Below, in pieces: positions 24,093 to 40,652 of a stretch of 64,000 nucleotides of DNA; positions within the stretch are counted from its first letter, which is position 1, and every line of letters starts with the position of its first letter. Source of the DNA: Balanoglossus misakiensis. Lineage: Eukaryota; Animalia; Hemichordata. The notes beneath the pieces are model-generated. The model saw only the letters and a program-made list of their open reading frames with translations, made no database searches and was not told the DNA's origin. The stretch covers positions 3,114,213 through 3,178,212 of the forward strand of contig CM082589.2 of NCBI GenBank assembly GCA_040954595.2, given 5' to 3'. The translations under genes were made by a program, and so were the position numbers.

Positions 24093-24147
24093 ACCAATCA
24101 GAATTGCTCTTATATAAAACATGCACGTCTGCTGTCCAAAATGGCGT
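24093..24147 (+). promoter_or_regulatory. ATPSCKMT core promoter (CCAAT, TATA-like, YY1-like)
   Basis: aaCCAATcag (~24093), TATATAAAA (24111) and AAAATGGCG (~24138) lie in order just upstream of the ATG at 24214. Confidence 0.5.
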
Positions 24148-24213
24148 CGTAGCATGCATCACTGTCGTCTGTACTCATGATTTTGACAAAATACTCGATT
24201 TAATGCCCGAACA

Positions 24214-25457
24214 ATGGCGCCGCAAGCTATGTCGTCACACCAGCTGAGTGAAACCTCCCCGGCCAAGAAAAGAGGAAAGGCTGGACTGGTGTTAGTCGGA
24301 GTTTCAGGTGCATTAGTGGCAGGGCTGTACGCCGTTGCCACACCGTTCATTATGCCAGCCCTTCGCAAGGTGTGTTTGCCGTACGTTCCGGCCACTACGC
24401 TGCAGGTTGAGAACGTTTTGAAAGCTCTGAAGGGAAGAAGTGGAAATCTGGTTGATATAGGGAGTGGTGACGGTAGGATTGTAAGTATCAGGTTTTTATA
24501 AACTGATTTGTGCCATTTCGAGTCCACGTCCATGTTCAGTACAGTAAAACCGATAACCACTTCCGCTTCCGGGTGTTGGTCAAACACGTGGTGACGAAAG
24601 TTGACAGCAGATGTTAGTGTGCTTGTGTCCCTGTTTGTGACCTAAGATTACATTTTGCATCTGGCCAAGTGACCAAGCCTTAGTGTATTCAGCTATCTTG
24701 TCACCAAACACTGGGAACACATCAAAACACTATCACAGAAGGGCTGGAAACAGACCATGGCCTAAAATTGCCCTGTTTTAATACGACACAGGTCCTTGCA
24801 GCGGCCAAGCATGGCTTCCACAGCACAGGCGTTGAGTTAAACCCGTGGCTGGTGTGGTATTCCAGGCTGACGGCTAGACTGCGCGGTCTGAGCCATCTAG
24901 CTGTGTTCTGCAGACAGGACTTGTGGAAGATGAAGACAGATTGTTTCAGTAATGTCGTCATCTTCGGAGTTCCACAAATGGTAGGTACATGAAGTGAGTC
25001 ACTCCTTGGCTACAATGTCATATCAACCATTCTAAGGAAGGCTATCAGTGATCTTGAATGTCATTGAATGCCAGTTTATACACCATGCTTTTTCCTCGAG
25101 GCTTGACAGGGCATAGGCTTAACCTGAGAACACCTGGCTACCTAGATTCCAGCATACAAGGTTTAATAATGCATGTGGTAATACTGATATATTGTATTGC
25201 AGTTTGTAACAGTATCGTGTCTCTTCTTTTTCTTCTAATAGATGTCGCCACTCGCAGATAAGTTATTGGCAGAGTTGAACACAAACAGTAGAATAGTGGC
25301 ATGCAGATTCCCTTTCCCACACTGGGTACCACAGCAGACCATCGGGGAAGGCGTGGACACAGTCTGGGTGTACGACATGGACAGACTTGTGATCACGAAT
25401 GATAGGTTAGACAACGTGTGTGTTGATCAGAATGCAGAAAGCGATGAAGACAGATAG
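24214..25457 (+). CDS. ATPSCKMT: ATP synthase c-subunit lysine N-methyltransferase (FAM173B), 3 exons
   Basis: Exons 24214-24480, 24792-24980, 25242-25457. Motifs [25 protein letters not shown] (SAM motif I), [43 protein letters not shown]. Confidence 0.93.
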
Positions 25458-26220
25458 TAGAAGTATCATGACCTTGAATTTGTGGTGAGTGTGGCCTAGT
25501 CTGGAAAAATTCTGAACTCCATATCAAAAATCCCCTAAAACTTCAGCATATTGGTACTATTATAATCATGAACACCACCAATAAACAATTTTTATAAAAA
25601 TGTTTTTATTTAATGACGTCTTCTGTTTCTTTATAAGAACATTCAACAATGCATATATTATAAACCAATTCACTCAAGTGGATACGTTTTCCCCCTCAAT
25701 TACATATTTCTGCTCAGTTCAATTTTTTTTTTGACTTGATGAATACTGCATAATACTGCTAGAAATGTTTAATTTATTCCAATGTTTGTATCCAGTATAT
25801 TTAATGCTACCCTGTATAACAACAGCATTGCATATTTAGTCTGTTCATACACAATCAATGAATACCCTCCACTAAATATGCAATGGACAAAACTTTTGAA
25901 GTTTTTACATCTTTTGCATAAGTATACAATTTTAAAAATACAGTAGACTTCTGATATCACTGGATTCCTTTTAAATAAATATTTACAACCTAAAGACAAA
26001 AGAAGACAAAAAAGCCTCTTGCACAAAGCAAAAATCAAAGAAAAGTGTGACAAGCAAAACAAAACCCTTCACAGAATTGCATTCCCATACTTTGGGGATT
26101 TGTTGGTTTCAGCCTTACTGATCGAACAAGAAAACCTTGGTTGAAGGGGGGTGGGGGTAAGGGTTCCCACAATGGCCCTTTTTCAGTACGAGATTCTTTA
26201 ACCAACGTGGATGAGCTCGT

Positions 26221-29200
26221 TCAGGCATTTTCATCTCTGCTGCTGCCTGTAAGCAGTGGTCTCACTTCTGTGCTGACTTCATCATCCTCATCCTCATCAT
26301 CATGGTTGATAGATTCTAGAACTGAGACAGAAAATCAAACCATGATTACACCTGCAAGCTGATTTTTTTCCTTGAAGAACTGCAAATCTAAATCATCAAG
26401 AACTTTATATCAACATAGGGCACTGTTATGTCCTTGTAATAATTTCAGTAATTGTAGTAATAATCTTGATTTTTACCACTTACGTTCTTCAGTAGCACCG
26501 ACGTTTTTCAGTTCTCTCTCAACCAGAACATTCAGTGGTTTCTGATAGTAATCTTTCGCATACGGCATGTACAGTTTCCGAACAAAGTACAAACAGGAGA
26601 GAAATCCCAGGGCGCCTAGAAATAATGCAAATGCGTGAATGTTTTATGTTTTCAGTCAGCAATTATGACAAAATCTGCCAAGCAAAAACAAAACAACAAC
26701 AACAACAGACGCTTACCTGTAAACAAAAAGAAAGCCAAGACCATAACAGTGGTCACACCATAGTAAATAGCAGAACTGATTGGATCGTGGGCAACCACAC
26801 GAGTGAGGTAATAATAAATATTGTACGCAAACAACAGAACGGAACCCGATCCACTGAAGATGAAACTCTTCCACGCCCATTTGTAGTCCTGTTGTGAGGA
26901 AAAGAGAACGGAAAATATTGAGGCATTGGAATAAGAGAACCTGTAATTGGATTTTTAGCACTTTTCTGACAAGCATCAAATCAAATGACTTGTTTGTTCC
27001 AAAATTGAGTTGAAATGCCTAGTGTGAACATGGCCAGTATAATAATGTAAGGCCAACTATGTTAGTGTTGATTAAGATACAATCATAAGGCACCATGCAG
27101 GTTTCACTGAGCCAACATGTGCCATTCTACATAGACCAGATTGGCCATGGGGATATGCAAGTCACTTGAGAGTTGAGACGTCCATTGAATATTTACCTGG
27201 CTGTTGAGTTCCACATAACACAACAGCACAGACACCTCGATGCAGGTTACCATTAGCAACGCAAAAGCAAGCGCTAGGAACCCATAACTGTTGAAAATTA
27301 AGTTGTTCCTGAAGGGAAAAGAAATAAGGAAAATTAGTGATATGGATCAATTTTTCCCGGGAATTTCTCCAGGACTGCATGGATCCAGAAATCAGAGTCA
27401 CTTACCAAAGAGCATTCATTACGCAATAAACCTGAAGGAAGATACAACCAAACGGCAGCACCAGACAGAGGAACTTCATGATCGCACAGCCGACCTTCTG
27501 CCCGCAAGTCTTCTTGGGCACAACCATGCGTATCTCGGTCGGTGGCACGGGGTGCAAAGTCCTCTGCGAAAACAAGATTTTAGATAAATACCAACTCAAC
27601 CCATTTCATGGTAAATGGGTCCATCCCCGTCATTCAAAGCCAAGGGACTGAACCAAAATGCGGATCTTTACAGGGGCAAATCAAACCTTGCATGCCCAAG
27701 CCTAATGGTTTTGCATTTGAAACGTTTTCAAGCACACCCCTACCTTCTGCCTGTGTGCTGCATAGCTGCCCAAGAAGACTACGGGCGTGTTGATGAACGC
27801 CCAGACAGCTAACAGTGCCATCCACGTTGTGACTGGCAGCACAGCCGCACTGTGTTGACTGAGTAAGAACATGTTGGACATGAACAGCTGGAACAGTACC
27901 ATGGCGGGCAGACCCACAGCTGTGATGGTGGTTGCAGTTTTCCAGTATTCGCCGCCCCACACTGGAAATTCAAAGAGAGAGAGAAAATAGCATCAGGGAT
28001 ACTACACTAAGCTATGCTTTGCGATGTAATACATGCATTCAAAACAAATGGCAGAACTTACTTTTGTACAGCATAATGGTGACGTAACCGGCCGGGAAAC
28101 TGCCAAGAAAGACGTAGCCAATCAGCATGGTCGTTATAATACTGCCAGGGTTGGCTGCTGAGATCGTCCCGAGTGATGCCAGACCTGTGAACATAAAACG
28201 TTATCACCAAGACAATTAGTCCAGACATCAACACATAGATACAAAAGGGTTAAAAATGGCCTCAGTGCTCAGTGGGTGGCTGACTTACCTAAGACCACCA
28301 AAACAGTGACGATGACCTGGAGACCGGAACCAACCAACACTGCAAGGGGCAGGTGTGCGGTTGGTGTGTAGAACACATCCTCTCGGATCGACTGCCAACC
28401 CATGCTGTCCTCCTGTTTGTTCTGAAACATATTTCGAGAAATGCCAGAATCAGATTTTTAAATAGAAAGCTGTTTCTGTAATTCAAACTACACTTAATTT
28501 ATTAGAGAACCAGCTTTGTTCTCCTTTTTTAAAGTTTTCATGAAAACAACAGTCTTACCCTTGATGCTTTTATTTTATATGACAGGATGGCCAGCCCTCC
28601 ACTCAGGAATGCTATGACCAGACCAGAATTCATGGTACTGTCGAAGACAAAATGAAGAGGTAAGTTATTCACAATAGTACAAGAAAATGTAACTGTCAAG
28701 CAATATAATGTCAGTGAAACAAATATTTTTATGTCTGAGCCAAATTAGGGTTGGTCTGAACATGAGAATTTTTTTTTAAAAAGCTCCCCCCCCCAACTAT
28801 TTTGATACTTACCTGAGTTGGAAAATTTGACTCAAATGTCCAGAGTTGAGGATAAAGTTCCACCTGTGCAATGCCGACATGTCTTCCTCGACCTGTAAAC
28901 AAAATTAAATTCCAAGTATCTTTTGAGGCCACTGTAGCTGTTGCTTGAGAAATGCAGCATCAAGGCAAAACGTGCACAACATTATGAAGCTGAAATAATT
29001 CTCACCTGAAACTTCACAGAATATGTGTAGGTGACGGTGACATCTTCAGTAAAATTGGACGATATTGCCAACGGTATTCTTGGCAGCTGAGTGTCGGAGT
29101 TTATGGTGGCCTTATCTGGGTAACTGATGCTGGTAATAGAAAGTGTTAGATAAACTGTGATACCTCGCCTTATTTCAGTGAGCTGAACAATATAAATAAG

Positions 29201-30860
29201 CTACCAAAGGTAATTCAAATAACCAAGATTATGTCAAAAGTGAGAGACTTTGCCCCTGATACAATAGACCATACCTGTGAGGTGTCACTTTGACTTTGAC
29301 GATACTTCCACGAAGCTTGTCGCTGGTGCTGTCCGACTTCTTTTCATAGAAAATCTCAAACTCTAAATGGTTGAAGAGATAGTAGGTGTTGGCTTTGAGG
29401 AATTCCGGCTGCAATGTAGAATGGTGAATTACAAAATAATTACATCAACTTCCCATGGTGGAGTCTCCATTCTAAGAGTAAATATGTTCTCGGGAGTACG
29501 GGAATTCCTGGGTTCAGATGGTCAGAATTTAACAGGCCTGGAGGAGAACTCACACTGATAATGCACATATCCATTGGTTTTCCGTCTGCTGTGATGTGAC
29601 AGCCAATAGGGAAACCTGGCACGCAATATTCTCCATCATACGGATCGTAGCACCACACGACTGGAAGATCATCAACGAACCTGGGAAAGAAACAGAAGAA
29701 ATATTAGAGAACATGGAGAACACCGTAGTCCAATGATGACATGTGAATCCAGAAATCCGTCTACCAGATTCACAATCCATATACAGACAGTGTACCCTGT
29801 GTTCTAAACAGACATGTTTCTCTGAAGTTTTGGTCAACATTGCAGTGTGTGATCGTGGGCCTAACTGCTTCGTACGAAGTGCACATCAGGGCAATAGTGC
29901 ATGTATAGTGACTGTGGTGGATGTCACCTACCAGTAGTGTTTGTAGACCAAGTCAATGGCTTCCTTCAGATACCGCCACTTCAGACTTTTCGGTTTGATT
30001 GTTTTCTGACAAGCAACAGAACAGTGTTCCTCCTTCAGGAAATATATCTGATGGTGATAAAATCAATCATAATGCATATAACAGCTGAAATGAGCACAGA
30101 GAAATAAAATGAAAGACGCAGATCTAAAGGCAGTGGGAACAAAAAGTATCTCACATTTAATGGTGCTTTATGCATTCTGTCTCCTCCGAGGACTTGTCCA
30201 AGATTTTCTTTGACGTACGAGTCAGATGGTAAATTGCAGAAGTCAAACCTATGGAGGTAGAATGAGGTCAAGGGTCAGCTATGTAGTACTATAGGGTTAC
30301 CTAAAGTTGGCTAACTTACTAGCTGTTTTGATTACTGAAACAAGGTTCTCTACTCTTAGTAAATGTTCGGAAAATGATAGGAACACATATACATGAGTGA
30401 GATAATTACACATCTCATGAGAGATGATAATAATGCAATTTGAAACATACACTTACCTGGTGTAATCATACGGCACATACTTCATAGTTGACTCAAGCCT
30501 ATTCACAGACACTGGTAGTTTGGACTAGAACGAATCAATGAATAAATAAATACACATAGAGTATATTATGTAGGGCTATAAAATGTGGGTACGTAGTGTG
30601 GATTCAAGTTTTTCTGTATGTTGTGAAGTATGGCCCTGGGGTCTGTTTACGTTGCGCATCACATAGTCATATATGCATAGGGGGGGGGGGGGCAACTCCC
30701 AAAGTATTCGTCTTACCTGACAATCGCTATCTTTCTTATCATGCTCCTTTGTCGATGTCCAGTTGCAATATTCCGCAACAGGATTCCCGGGTACGTACCA
30801 TGCCTCAGTTGAAATGACGCACATTGCAACAATAGTCAAACATGCAAGTGGTGACGCCAT
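26221..30860 (-). CDS. Transmembrane 9 superfamily (nonaspanin/EMP70) protein, divergent TM9SF2/4-like, with C-terminal extension
   Basis: Signal peptide followed by WYVPG; motifs FDFC, ENLGQVLGGDR, VDDLPV, GFPIG, YLFNHLEFEIFY, GWQSIREDVF, LVGSGLQ, LPFGCIFLQ, DYKWAWKSF. Many GT-AG exons. The last exon ends ...EVRPLLTGSSRDENA* at 26221. Confidence 0.88.
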
Positions 30861-31607
30861 TTTGTTGCGGATCTAACTTTTTTTTCGATCTCGCTGCTAG
30901 CTGGTACCGTGGGATCCCTAACCAGCGGCGATCGGAAGAAAACAGTGGTTCCCGTGATACTACGGAGACTCAGAATTATTTTGAAGCAACACAAGCCATA
31001 GATCTATCGTTGTAAGCTGGTCGAGCCACGTTTGTTATTCCTGGTGATCTCACAGTGCAATAATGCGCATACAACTTCCGGGTTAGCGAAAGTTAAAACG
31101 AGGCTAAGGGGTCGTGGATAAAAAACACGCGCATGCAAAACGAAATTTCTTTTTTTTACTCGACCTTCTTCCTCGATTTCTCGAAGCCGGGTGTAGTGCT
31201 TCTAAAATCACGGGCATATATTTTGTGCAAAGTTATTGTAAACTTTGTGTCGTCTATTTGGAAAGTCAGTAAATAAACTTTATTTTAAAAAAGTAACGAA
31301 AAGTACATATCACACTCGAGGATGTTATCATCACATGATAGACGAATAGAACAAATTTTCTTCTATATATTGTTCGACAGTTTCACGTGGTTTTACTTGA
31401 GGTTTCTGATATTGTCAACTTTGTCACTTATTACTGAGCGCAGAACGAATTGAAAATTCGTGCATTCAGGTTGTTTGGAGTGTCCATGTACATGTACTAT
31501 CCGTAGTTTGCTGTACGGTGCATTGACAATTATCCCATACTGCATTCGGCAATAATTTGGGAACATTTTCAAGACTGGGGACACGCATTCCACCGTAATA
31601 CTCGTTG

Positions 31608-33764
31608 CTACGTGCTTGGTTCGTTTCCAGCATCACGGCCCGTTTGTGTCCCTGCGTCGGTCAGTTGCAGTATGGTCTGGTTACTGAGACCACCATCCAC
31701 AATTTCTTCCATGGTTCCATCGACAGCCTCTTCACGAGATGCCCTGTTCCTCGAAAACAACGGCTTCTGTACCAGCATTATAAGTCCACCGAGACTTATG
31801 AATATGCCAAAGAAGTAAAACGAGTTGTCGTAGTCGCCAGTGACGTCACGAATATAACCTTTAAAAAACACAAATGCACGAGTCAGTTAGAATCGTGATA
31901 GAGAGCATCTTTTATACCGGTCATATCCCTGAATATTTCCATGTGGTTACACAATAGTTTTGAAACAATGCACCCGTCTAATTCTCCTGCAGGACTATTT
32001 ATTTGATTATCTGCCCTTGGTGTGATGTTTGGGGCTTTTGAGCTTGAAGTTTGATGAGTGAAATACTCGCTCAGTGGTAATTCCAGGCTATGGTGCGCCA
32101 CAGTGTCGGGCTTACCTGCAACCGGTGTACCTATTAACCCACCAAACGACATAGACGTCGCGGTAAATCCCACAACGGCAGTGAATTTCTCAGACTCGAC
32201 GACATCCATCATCACTGGGACGGCCACCACAAAGAATACGCCGCTCAGGAAGCCGATAGCAGCGGCGTAGGTGGCGTACGTCACGTAGGATTCGGCCAGG
32301 GGGCTGAGCAAGCTGATTATGCCCGTCAGGAGAAGGGCCGAGCTGTACCACTCGGAATTGGTGATGCGATTCTTCGCCAGGTACAGGAGGATAGGCGGTG
32401 ATAGCCTTCCAATTAAGCCGCATCCGCCCATAATAGAAACAATCAGGGCGATTTCGCCCGGGGTTCCAAGATTCTTGTCTTTTGCACGGGCGAGGAGAAA
32501 CACAGGCAAGCTCTGAAAACCGATGCCCATGGCCAGGAAGCTCGTCACAAAGAATGCAGTGAATCGGGGATATTGGACAAACATCTTGATGTCACAAAGT
32601 CTGGTTATGTTCTTCCCAATGCTTGCACGATGTCCATCTTCGCTTTTTCTTTCCTCGGCATTGCGCTTCGGGGCGTCAGGCTGCGGATTTCGGTACAGAG
32701 CCGCGGCTATCCCCATGTTTGCATTGATAGCAGAGAATATCATAACGGTGCCCTTCCAGCCGAAGTTGTCGATCAACTCTTGAAGGAGGGGCGGTAGTAC
32801 GAAAATTGCCACTGCCCCTCCAGTCATCATGATGGAAGTTGCCAGTGAGAACCTCTTTTTGATATACAGGGGAACGATTCCCATATGGACGGGAATTATT
32901 AATCCATGTCCAACTCCTGTTTGGAAAAAGAGGGAAAATGACATAAAAATCAATATAATAATTGATGAAGACGACTATGGGTGTGTGTTTTTTTTTAATT
33001 TCACTTTCGATATTTTTTATGACCACATAAACCAAATGCATGGGGTGTATTTTCAATGGAGACTTCATACAATTAACGTACAATAACAACAACAACAATA
33101 GTAATAGTTAAATAACTATGACTTGCCTGCAAGTATGCCAATACTGAAATATAAGAATTCAATACGAGTTGTGAATGCACTTAGAAAGAACCCGGTCGAT
33201 GACACAATTGTTCCAATCATTGCTGTCATTCGGTATCCTATTTTCTTGATACACACATTGGAACATGGACCTGTCGAAAGTAAACATGTTACTTATTAAA
33301 GCAGTGTACATTCATTCAGTGAAAAAAAATGGTATAACGTGGCAGCACATGTTGACAGCAAAATGTTTGTTTTGAGGTCACATCGGGTCTATTCTTTGCA
33401 TGCCTGCGAGATCACATCGCATGGTCGGTCGCAGAGAAAGGGTTGAATAATTGTGCCGAGTACGCTTCTTTGTCTGCATTATAAAAACTGACCGGACCTT
33501 GCAAAAAAGTTCAAGGTATCGTAATATAATAACTGACGACTCACCGATCCCATATTCTAGAAATACTCCAAAAGCGAGTATCCACGACGTGCGGGCTGAA
33601 CTCTCCTCAAAATGATCCTGGATTGCAACAAACAATGGACCAATACTATTAAACACACCAAAGACGAAGAAATTGTTGATAACCGACCCACAAAGAACGA
33701 CCCATCCGTAGAAACCATCGCTGGGGATCTCTCCGTCATGGCGTCTGGCAGCGTCGACGACCAT
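31608..33764 (-). CDS. SLC16/monocarboxylate-transporter family MFS permease, copy A (4 coding exons)
   Basis: N-terminal DGFYGWVVL motif; YIKKRFSLATSI; FGWKGT. Exons at ~33764-33545, 33272-33127, 32917-32116 and 31858-31608. Confidence 0.9.
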
Positions 33765-34558
33765 TATTGTACTGTGCAGGCTGTCCGCTCGGTCGTAATG
33801 CCTTATAACCCAGAGTTACGACTCCCCGCGGTCGTTGCACCTACTGCCGGTACCTCATTCTGGTGACCAGCTGATTTTTACGAAGCACACCGTCTGAGCG
33901 AAGGCTGTGTGATCAGGGCCTGAACATAATTTAACAGGGGCGGGGTTTTTTCCCGTCAAAATTGTGATACATGCATGTAGTTCCCCGCACAAGCCCCCCA
34001 GCCTTTATGTCTGCCGATGTCCTTGAACTGGCCAGTGACCCAGTAGTTATACTTCAGTGCACTTTCTGTAATGGCTCCGATTCCCTAGTCAAAGGGCGTG
34101 TCAGCTCTGGACCGACATTTACATCAAGATTTCGGAACGTCGAACTTCATACTATTTATGCATAGTTAATAAGGCGCATAGGCCCTACAGGCATTTTCAT
34201 AACTTTAAAGGGGGAAAAGTCGGTTATTCTTGACATTATTTTACTTTCAAGTGATCATAGGACATGTATTGTTTTAGTTGCTGTGAACAGAACGTGAATC
34301 CAAAAATGCAGAGAATGTATCTGCATATGATCGATTCACCGCCCGAGGGAAAGCGCATACAAGACACGCAGACGAAGAAATTTTGCTTTTGGAAGAAAAG
34401 CTATTTTATTGGTCACATTTCAGCAGGAAAACGCCGTTGTGTCAACTTTAAATGGACGTCACTTATGAACCCCTTTGGTTTTACCTTGACGAGCATTACC
34501 GTCAGAATTTGATGTGTACGCTCGCTAATAATGGTAAAACGCGGGTTTACAGCCAGTT

Positions 34559-36099
34559 TTACAGTTCGGATTTTACCACATCACATCCTGTCTGTGTTGT
34601 TGCCTCGACAACGCTGAGCTGGTATTCATGTCTGTCAGTGTCATCCTTTCCTTCCATCTTCTCATCTGTGTATTTCATAGCGGGTGATTTCTTACCCGAC
34701 GAAATACACGGATCGACCAGAAACAGTGGCAGCGCCCCGGCTACCACAAAACTGCCGTAGAAATAGAACGAGTTGTCGTAGCTACCTGTGGCGTCGTATA
34801 TGTGACCTTTAAAACAATGAAAACATAAGATTTATTACAAAAATAGAAACCTCTCTCAAGGACGCTACTGTCGTAACATCAGAACTGGTACACCAGTTCA
34901 CGACGTGACTTGCACCATTATCTTTACTTCACGTGCTGACGTAGATTATGGTTACTTTCTTTGCGCAAACACATTGAATTTATGTGTTGATTTACTCACC
35001 TGCAATCGGTGGACTGATCAATCCACCAAGGGCAACAACCAAAGTAGTAAAACCAATGGCCGCTGTAAACTTGTGCGCTCCGGCGATATCGGTCATCACG
35101 TGGTTCTGCATCACGAAGAACACCCCGGTTGCGAAGCCCACGAGCGCCGTACAAGTAGCATAGCTCACGTATGTGGTCGCAAGTGAACTCAGCAAGAGGA
35201 CGATGCCCGTTATAGAGATGTAGAAACCACACCATACAGAACTGGTCAGACGTTTGTGCGAGAAGTACAAAAGGCATGGAGGAGTCAATCTTCCGAGCAC
35301 ACTGCATCCACCAAGGATGGAAATGATAAGAGCTATTTCCTCTGGCGTGCCTAGATTCTTTGTCTTTGCGCGTGCGAGAAAGTGCGCGCCGAGACCTTGG
35401 TAACCCATTCCCAAGGCCAGGAAGACTGAGACCATATACAGAGAGAACGGAGGGTGTTTGACAAACAGTGTGAAGTCACACATCTCGCATATTGTTACAC
35501 ACACACTCGATGGTTTAGTTGCTGTTGTTGTTTCCAGTTCAGGACTGTGGCGGGACTTTGCCGCTGGTGGACTCCGATGCAAGGCGGCAGAGATCCCCAT
35601 TTGGGCGTTGATGGCAGAGAAGACCACAAGAGCGCCTCTCCAGCCGAAATGATTGATCAGCAGTTGTAGGAGAGGCGGAAAGATAAAGATTCCAACGCCA
35701 CTCCCCACCATCACAAGAGAATTTGCTAGGGCAAATCGTTTCTTGAAATACAATGGCAGAATTCCTAAGTGGGACGGAACGATTAATCCATGCCCTGCTC
35801 CTGTTTGGCCAAAGAGAAAAAAATAGAAAAGGTTAATTAGAATCAATCAATCAGTGATTATACTCAATGTTTTTTAGAAAGGTTGATTAACAAGCATGGC
35901 GATTAAAATCAATAGTGCTATAAATAAACGATGACTTACCAACCAGTATTCCTATACTAAAGTATAAGAATTCAATACTTGGTGTGAACGCACTTATGAA
36001 GAATCCGATTGATGACATGACAGTTCCAATCATTGTAACCACCCGAAATCCAAATTTCTTGACACAGACGTTGGAAATTGGTCCTGCAAGACGGTATAT

Positions 36100-36163
<64 letters not shown>

Positions 36164-36600
36164 ATCAATCAATCAGACTCATATAATACAAATAAAATGA
36201 TAACTAACTTGTATAACTCCAGGTAGAGAAATTAACACAGTAACTATGGTGATCCATATTGATTAAAAATGGCTGAGATTGTATTGGGATCGGGGCTAAG
36301 TCACAGCTACATGCATGCATACTAGTATTCAACATCATGCGACATAAGTGATGTTCGGGGAACCAAACCGAGCCTAGCCTATTAGTATAACTCACCGATA
36401 ACAAACTCCACGAATACTCCAAACCCGAGTATCCACGAGGTGCGGGCAGACGTCTCCTCAAAATAACTCTGAATTGCAACGAACAGTGGACCGATAGCAG
36501 GAAACGCTCCGAAAACGAACATGCTACAGACATGTGACCCCAGAACAACGAGCCAGCCGTAAGCTCTGTCCGTTTCGTGTTGTCCGTTTGCAGGAGGCAT
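34559..36600 (-). CDS. SLC16/monocarboxylate-transporter family MFS permease, copy B (tandem paralog)
   Basis: DRAYGWLVV; YFKKRFALANSL; FGWRGA. Same exon structure as copy A. Ends GCDVVKSEL*. Confidence 0.9.
36100..36175. repeat. (TCAA)n microsatellite in MCT copy B intron
   Basis: About 18 tandem atca/tcaa units. Confidence 0.95.
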
Positions 36601-38074
36601 GTCTTTACAATTCAGGTGAATTCAGGTTAATACAAACATGACGGTAGCGTCTCAAATGATGCCAAGGATCCCTCCAATATGTGCGTATATCCTGTCGTGT
36701 CCCAGTACTATGCTAAACAAGAACAACAACAATGCGTTGCGGTATACCTGATGACATTATTTCGCAAACTTTGACCCGAAGTTGAACAGCTGATCTGAGT
36801 GCACAGGTCGTACGCGTATACTGTTGTAAAAAAAAACATCACATTGCTGCTGGTAACACAATACGTATACAGCCACTGTGAACCTTATACATGTACAAGA
36901 AGAAAGGTATATTTCAAGGTCTGGTTGACCTCAGGTCACACCTGGACCGAAGCTGAGGGCAAATGAAATCACACGACTGTCTGGCGTTTTGTTCGTTTGG
37001 CCGGCTGTCAGAGCACCTCAATTAAACCTGACATGTCATATACATTTCACTGAAGCTTCCATGTTACACGGTCAAAACAAGACTCCCTTGGTTGCTGAAA
37101 ACTTGAAGCAAACCGTATTTGCACGACGTGTGTCTCACACAACAGGTGCAGATGGCAAGCTGAGAGATTTCTGGTTGATAATTTTGTGGGGACCCGATAT
37201 GGTTGAAACCGCTTTGTGTGGCATTTTTAAAGGAGGCGTGTCGTCTGAACTGTGCGAATTGCGTGTTAATGAACACACCATGCATGGGCATTGTTCAGAA
37301 TGGACGGCATTCACCGTTGTTCTTATCATTGGCTCTCCGTTATAAACCGGTGCCTGCAAACGATTTTAGTTAAAACATGAAACATCTGGCAGCGATTGAC
37401 ATTATTTGTTCTGTGATGACGCATTTCTGAAATCCACTACAATTTATTTTTTGATCCAGGTGAGAGATTAGGGTGCCCTTACAGGCAGGTCAATCTTGTG
37501 GCGTGGATCTTCGCGTACGAAAGTGTTCAGGGATGATTTGACTCGCCAGCCTTTCCTATAATACTTTAATGAACGAACAAGCGACAGTCAAGTATACCTG
37601 TAAATTCTATATTAGGTTTCTGGGATGGACTTTCTGTTTGGAAAAATGTTCTTGTGGATATCAGATAAATGTCCCCTGTGGAAAAATAGACCGGTTAGTG
37701 ACCCGTATGAAGCGCCGACTGATAATTTATCATTGAATTGAAATTTATCATTGAACTGATAATAGTAGAATTATTACAATATTTCGAAATATCGCCTTTC
37801 ATACGAGACAGCGTTTTCCAATAGACTAGACGTACTCCACTTCAGATACGTGAGTATTGCTCATATCTTCAATTTAAAAAGACGCAATGTTCTTTTAATG
37901 CCAATTTTGCGTTGAGCAAACACTTTTCAAAAAGTTTCGAGCACAGACAAAATTCTACAGAGACAAAAGTCGGTATCTAACATTTCCATATGTAACTTTA
38001 CCAGTAAAACTTCAGTATTCCTGCGTAACGACAGAGTACAATTCTCGGCATTATTTCGTTTCTATCCCCGCAGA

Positions 38075-40652
<2,578 letters not shown>

